From Candidatus Latescibacterota bacterium (GTDB taxonomy: Bacteria; Latescibacterota; UBA2968): DNA of 64,000 nucleotides. Below are positions 59,571 through 64,000 of this stretch, piece by piece. Within the stretch, counting starts at the first letter, position 1; every line of letters begins with the position of its first letter. The notes beneath the pieces are model-generated. The model had not been told where the DNA came from and did not search any database. It saw only the letters and a list, made by a program, of their open reading frames with translations. The stretch lies in NCBI GenBank assembly GCA_965204745.1, contig OZ242010.1, positions 288,001 to 352,000 of the forward strand, read 5' to 3'. The position numbers and the translations under genes are program-made.

Positions 59571-59714
59571 GGCGAGCACGGGGACATCGCCCCTACGTTT
59601 CTATCCTTGCCTCTCGCCTCTCGCCTCTTACTTCTTGCCTCTTACCGAAGGGCGGTTAGGCGGGGCGGACTGACAACTGACAACTGACAACTGACAACTG
59701 ACAACTGACAACTG
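59571..59714. repeat. REP-like hairpin + TCTNNNN array (empty IS110 copy-1 target) + (ACTGACA)6
   Basis: 59619-59645 is an exact 27-bp match to the reconstituted target of IS110 copy 1. Confidence 0.88.
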
Positions 59715-59721
59715 CCTCTCT

Positions 59722-61182
59722 CTATCCAATCGCCTCGCGCTCGCGCCAGCGATACATTCGCAAAGCGGGGTCATGGGTCTCCGCCATCCACTGCTTTAAC
59801 CGCGCTTTCAACCGCGCCACGTCATCGGCGTATTCGGGGTCGGCGATCACATTGTGCAACTCGTGGGGATCGCGTTGCAAATCGTACAACTCGTCCTGTC
59901 CCGTCAAATTGCACCCGTACTTGAGATGCCCCATCCGCAACGTTTTCATCGACGTGGCGACATTGCCCAAGCCCAAAAACTCGGTGACGACAGCGTCTCG
60001 CCAATCGGTTGCCTCCCCGCGGACGAGCGGCAACAAAGACCGCCCGTGAATCGCGTCCTGGCGGTACTGCCCGCCGGCCAAATCCAAAATCGTGGGATAC
60101 ATATCGGCCAGAGACGCGAACTCGGGTATGCGCGTGCCCGCATAATCCGGCAACCGGATAATCATCGGGATGCGGTGCGTCTCTTCAAAATGGTGCCATC
60201 CCTTATCCAGCAAGCCCCCGTGACTGCCCAGGGTCTCGCCGTGATCCGCGGTAAAAATCAGCACTGTATTCTCCAACGCCCCGCTCGCCCTCAACCAATC
60301 GCACAGCCGACCAATCTGACTGTCGATCATCGACACCCGCGCGTAGTAATAGCGCACGGCCATCGCCCAATCCTCCCACGTCAAATTTTCCCTATCCCAG
60401 TGAATTTTCAGATGATGCGGCCCGGGAATGGCCCGCGAAGGCCAATCGTAATTCGCCCACGGCGGAATCTCCACCTCCCGATACCAGTCGAGAAATTCAC
60501 CCGTCGCGTGATACGGCCCGTGCGGTCCCCAAAAATTCAAACTGATGAAATACGGCACATCGCGCTGTTGAAACGACCCGATCATCTCGATCACATTATC
60601 GACCAAATACGCCGGCACAGTCGCCTCTGTGGGCACGGTCAACTCGCCGATCCCCTTGCGGATCATCCGCGTGGATTCTGCCCAGGGCTTCACCCCCGGC
60701 GCGTAGCCCTTTGCCCGCGCCCATTCCCGATACCCCGCATAGCGCGAACCCGCGCCGCCGTGCCCGGCAAACTCCTGCCCCTCATACCCGATGCGCGAAG
60801 GCGAGGACGGCTCGTTTGACCCCCGAAAGGTCTGGTTTTTTTCAGAGCCGAGATGCCACTTGCCCGTGTATCCCGTCCCGTAACCCGCTGCTTGCAGGCG
60901 GCGCGGCAACAGGTCGGGCCGATCCTCCAACTCGTGGATGCTACATCCCACCTCGTGGATATTTGACGTGATGCCGTGCGTGTGCGGGTACACGCCGGTT
61001 TGCAACGTGCCCCGCGCCGGACTACACACCGGATACACGGTATAGGCATTTTCAAACAACGCGCCTTCTGTGGCAAGGCGGTCGATATTCGGCGTCCGGC
61101 ACGGCGTCTCACCATACGCCCCCACGCCCGACAACCGGTGTTGATCGGTCAAAATAAAAATGATATTGGGCCTGTCTGCCAT
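59722..61182 (-). CDS. Sulfatase (Cys-type formylglycine)
   Basis: PNIIFILTDQ, CSPAR, GKWH, ADHG. Confidence 0.93.
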   Translation of the reverse strand: MADRPNIIFILTDQHRLSGVGAYGETPCRTPNIDRLATEGALFENAYTVYPVCSPARGTLQTGVYPHTHGITSNIHEVGCSIHELEDRPDLLPRRLQAAGYGTGYTGKWHLGSEKNQTFRGSNEPSSPSRIGYEGQEFAGHGGAGSRYAGYREWARAKGYAPGVKPWAESTRMIRKGIGELTVPTEATVPAYLVDNVIEMIGSFQQRDVPYFISLNFWGPHGPYHATGEFLDWYREVEIPPWANYDWPSRAIPGPHHLKIHWDRENLTWEDWAMAVRYYYARVSMIDSQIGRLCDWLRASGALENTVLIFTADHGETLGSHGGLLDKGWHHFEETHRIPMIIRLPDYAGTRIPEFASLADMYPTILDLAGGQYRQDAIHGRSLLPLVRGEATDWRDAVVTEFLGLGNVATSMKTLRMGHLKYGCNLTGQDELYDLQRDPHELHNVIADPEYADDVARLKARLKQWMAETHDPALRMYRWREREAIG

Positions 61183-61205
61183 ACCATGCTCCAGTGGATT
61201 TCAAC

Positions 61206-61234
61206 TTGACGCATAACCATTAAAGGGTTACAGT
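61206..61234 (+). promoter_or_regulatory. Sigma70-like promoter with internal palindrome
   Basis: TTGACG-17bp-TACAGT containing TAACC..GGTTA; ATG lies 5 nt after the -10. Confidence 0.55.
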
Positions 61235-61239
61235 GCAAA

Positions 61240-61626
61240 ATGTACAACGTCGTCATCAAAAGAAAAATGCTCAGAAATCTCCGAAAAATGCCTGAGCAGA
61301 TTCAAAAAAAGATGGGCAACCTCGTTGAGGATTTGCGCGACAAAGGCCCCATCAGAAACGTTCGGATTTCCGATAGAGACGATGAGACCATGGATATCTT
61401 TGAAACCGACTGGTATCGAGACATCAAAGCCAAAATTCGCCCTGGCGACAACCTCAAAATCTATCGCCAAAACCACGACATGACCCAAGCTGAATTGGGT
61501 CAAAAATTGGGCGATATCCCCCGCCAACACATATCCAACATGGAACGCGGCATCCGGACAATCAGCCTCAAAAACGCCCGCAAATTAGCCATCATCTTCG
61601 GCGTTTCGCCCGAGAAATTTATCTAA
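61240..61626 (+). CDS. XRE HTH antitoxin-like protein with RelE-like N-terminal fragment
   Basis: C-terminal MTQAELGQKLG..RQHISNMERG HTH; N-terminal 39 aa resembles the start of a RelE/HigB toxin. Confidence 0.75.
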   Translation: MYNVVIKRKMLRNLRKMPEQIQKKMGNLVEDLRDKGPIRNVRISDRDDETMDIFETDWYRDIKAKIRPGDNLKIYRQNHDMTQAELGQKLGDIPRQHISNMERGIRTISLKNARKLAIIFGVSPEKFI

Positions 61627-62477
61627 GCCGCGACGGCTTCTGTGCCCAGGTGGGTTTCTATCCACGCTTTCAGGGGCACGTCTTCGGGTTTGGGCGACGT
61701 ATAGCCAAACCCGCCCGAAGGGCTCGCGCCGAGCAACTGCCTGCGAATGGGATCGCTTTGCGCCATAAAGTGATCCACCGTCATATTGTCGCGGGGTCGC
61801 AACCAGCGGTAGCTATAGCCGTAAAACAGCGTGCGCCTCGGCTCGTGCCAATAATTCGCGCTGCTCGAATGCCAGATGCGCCGATCAAAAACCACCGCGC
61901 CGCCTTTGGGCACGCAAATCTGCACGCCGCCTTCGGGCATTTCTTTGCGGCTCTCGCCCGGAAACGCATTGATCAAATGCGAACCGGGCACCGCGACAAA
62001 ATTCCCGCGACCGGGTTGCGAGGCATCGGTCAAAAAGAACGCCACCTTCAGGGAAATCCTCGGGCGCGGATTCGTCTCGATATCGAGATTGAGGCGCCCG
62101 CTATCCTGATGAAACCCCAGCCCCGGCCCGTCCTTCTCGAGCGACTTTTCAGGGCCGGCCGGCGGCGTCACGATCATGTGCGAGTGGTAAAGCTGAATAT
62201 TCCAATTCAGCAGGCCCCACACCTTGGGAAACGTCTTGTACCAATCGAGCAATTCCAAAAACAGATCGTCCCGCCCGATAAAATCCAGCATATTGCACCG
62301 CGCATCCGGCCCCATGCCCTCGCGCTTGCGATACGCGCCATCCACCCGATCCACCACCGGAATCAACGCATCCACCAAATCCTCGGGCAACACATCGTCG
62401 AGCACGAAAAACCCATCGCGCTCAAACTTCAACCGCTCCGCTTCGGTGACACAATAATCCAAACATCTCGCGTCCAT
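61623..62477 (-). CDS. PhyH-family Fe(II)/2OG dioxygenase
   Basis: FERDGF, HQD, VPGSH, RIWH. Confidence 0.9.
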   Translation of the reverse strand: MDARCLDYCVTEAERLKFERDGFFVLDDVLPEDLVDALIPVVDRVDGAYRKREGMGPDARCNMLDFIGRDDLFLELLDWYKTFPKVWGLLNWNIQLYHSHMIVTPPAGPEKSLEKDGPGLGFHQDSGRLNLDIETNPRPRISLKVAFFLTDASQPGRGNFVAVPGSHLINAFPGESRKEMPEGGVQICVPKGGAVVFDRRIWHSSSANYWHEPRRTLFYGYSYRWLRPRDNMTVDHFMAQSDPIRRQLLGASPSGGFGYTSPKPEDVPLKAWIETHLGTEAVAA

Positions 62478-62609
62478 TGCGATCTCCTTTCAGTTGTGAC
62501 CCATCTCCCTCCTACCCCTCCGCATTACTCGCCATCGCTCGGGGGAAAGCAGGAGTCCAGTGATTTTCCAACCCCGTTTTGTGCTCTCTTCCCCGCCTCG
62601 GGAAGGGGG

Positions 62610-63500
62610 TTAAAATTTCGCGCAACTCAATGCGGTCAACCGCACTTTTTGTTCCACCAGCATCCGCTCGCGTTCGCGGCGAAACTCGGTGTAATACCGC
62701 TCGCGTTCACCTGCAATTTGGTAATCCAACCGCTTTGCGCCCAGCGCGTTCAGCACGACCTTTTCGACCAGCGAAAAATCCTCTAGGTCCTCGCGGTTGA
62801 AATTCATCGGCTCTTTGAACGCCACTGGCGGATTGGTGATAAATCGCGGGCGGCCCGAGGGATTGGGCGCGGCAGAGTGCAACATGTACGGATGAATGAG
62901 ATACACATCGCCCGCCCTGCCAGTCGCCTCGACAAACACCTCGCACCCTTCGATCTGTTTTCCAAAGGTGCCGGGTGCCAACCCTTCGGGATGGTCGTAC
63001 AAAAACTTCGCAACCCTTGGGACGGACTCCGGCGCGAGATACGTGCCGCCACTATTGGGCAACACATCGTCCCAAACGACCACAGTCAACAGCCCTTGTT
63101 CGGGGCTGTCCAAAAAATGTCGAAAAAAATTCCCATCCTTGTGCCACCCTCCGCGGTTGGCTGATGGCGTCCAAGGATCATCCGCGTCCTTGTGAAAGTT
63201 GATGATAAACCCATCGCCCCACGAGGGTTCGCCCTGAACGCGATCTGCGCCGCCCATCACATCGCAAATCCCGCCCCATGCTTTGGGCGCGAGCTCGGCA
63301 ACGGCCCGCCGATTCATCGACGGCATGTGAATGCGATCTGCTTCCCAAGTGCTCGGATCATCCCGATCATAGCCCAAGCGCGTGTACGCCAAATCCAGCC
63401 AGTCCTGAACCTCCGCCTTCTCAAAACACCCCTCCAACTTCACGTACCCCTGCGCGACAAAATGCGCGGCCTGCGCGTCTGTCAAAACGTGATACGCCAC
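62610..63500 (-). CDS. PhyH-like dioxygenase
   Basis: FVAQGY, WHKDG, GGT, HPYMLH. Confidence 0.8.
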   Translation of the reverse strand: MAYHVLTDAQAAHFVAQGYVKLEGCFEKAEVQDWLDLAYTRLGYDRDDPSTWEADRIHMPSMNRRAVAELAPKAWGGICDVMGGADRVQGEPSWGDGFIINFHKDADDPWTPSANRGGWHKDGNFFRHFLDSPEQGLLTVVVWDDVLPNSGGTYLAPESVPRVAKFLYDHPEGLAPGTFGKQIEGCEVFVEATGRAGDVYLIHPYMLHSAAPNPSGRPRFITNPPVAFKEPMNFNREDLEDFSLVEKVVLNALGAKRLDYQIAGERERYYTEFRRERERMLVEQKVRLTALSCAKF

Positions 63501-63562
63501 ATTCCCCTCCTATGGAAAACCGTCATGACGAGATTTCGACTCCGCTATGACAGCGCGCCGAC

Positions 63563-64000
63563 TTACTCCACGGCCAAATGCTCGAAAAAGAACGCCAACA
63601 TCGCTCGATTTAACCCGCCCGGCGGTGGCGACCCCATCTTCGACAAATACAACGCTGCCTCGATGCCCATCTCATCGCACCGCTCTTTAATCGCGATGGC
63701 GTGATTGGGATGGTGAACGAAATGACCGCGATTTTCAGGCGTGCCGCCCTTTTGACTGCAATACAAAAACACGGGGGGATCGTCTCGTGTAATCAACCCG
63801 CGCATATCCACGTCTGCCAAAATTCGTTGGCCCTCTTCCGTCTCGAGATCGTCGTACTTCTCCAAGCCGTAAAACGCGACATCGCGGGGATAAAATTTGT
63901 CAGCGGCCGTGCCGAGCACAGACGCCCATTGCGTAATATCGTAGGAAAACTGCCCATTGCGCGACCCTGCAGCCACGAGGCGCGAGGATTGGCGAAGCAC
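63563..64000 (-). CDS. Alpha/beta hydrolase, C-terminal part (5' end outside the window)
   Basis: TRDDPPVFL, VHHP motifs; truncated. Confidence 0.6.
   Translation of the reverse strand: MLRQSSRLVAAGSRNGQFSYDITQWASVLGTAADKFYPRDVAFYGLEKYDDLETEEGQRILADVDMRGLITRDDPPVFLYCSQKGGTPENRGHFVHHPNHAIAIKERCDEMGIEAALYLSKMGSPPPGGLNRAMLAFFFEHLAVE

Overview
64-kb bacterial chromosomal window, GC-rich in housekeeping genes with AT-richer accessory patches. The ankyrin and WD40/dockerin-like proteins, three PhyH dioxygenases, sulfatase and orphan solute-binding lipoproteins resemble Latescibacterota/Poribacteria-like sponge symbionts; this is inference, not a taxonomic call. Housekeeping genes include a Ca/Na antiporter fragment, an lnt-tatC fusion, bioF, trmJ, glnS, tRNA-Gln, tRNA-Pro, aroQ, accD, hpnCDE, an mltD-like gene, mtnA, rsfS and ilvD. 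Main finding: two diverged IS110 (IS621-like) elements. In each, the four guide segments of a bridge RNA can be read from the non-coding end. The donor guides are identical between copies, and the target guides differ in step with each copy's own insertion site. Both sites lie in a host 7-bp-periodic intergenic repeat family, and matching empty sites occur elsewhere in the window. Other notable loci: a tandemly duplicated McrBC locus with three different N-terminal modules, an SNF2 helicase plus sacsin-like ATPase/HNH-like pair, an array of modular solute-binding lipoproteins, several decayed toxin-antitoxin pairs, and nested intergenic repeats (MITE-like, GTAG-REP-like, heptamer tails). Everything was read by eye with no searches run; some boundaries may be off by a few bases.
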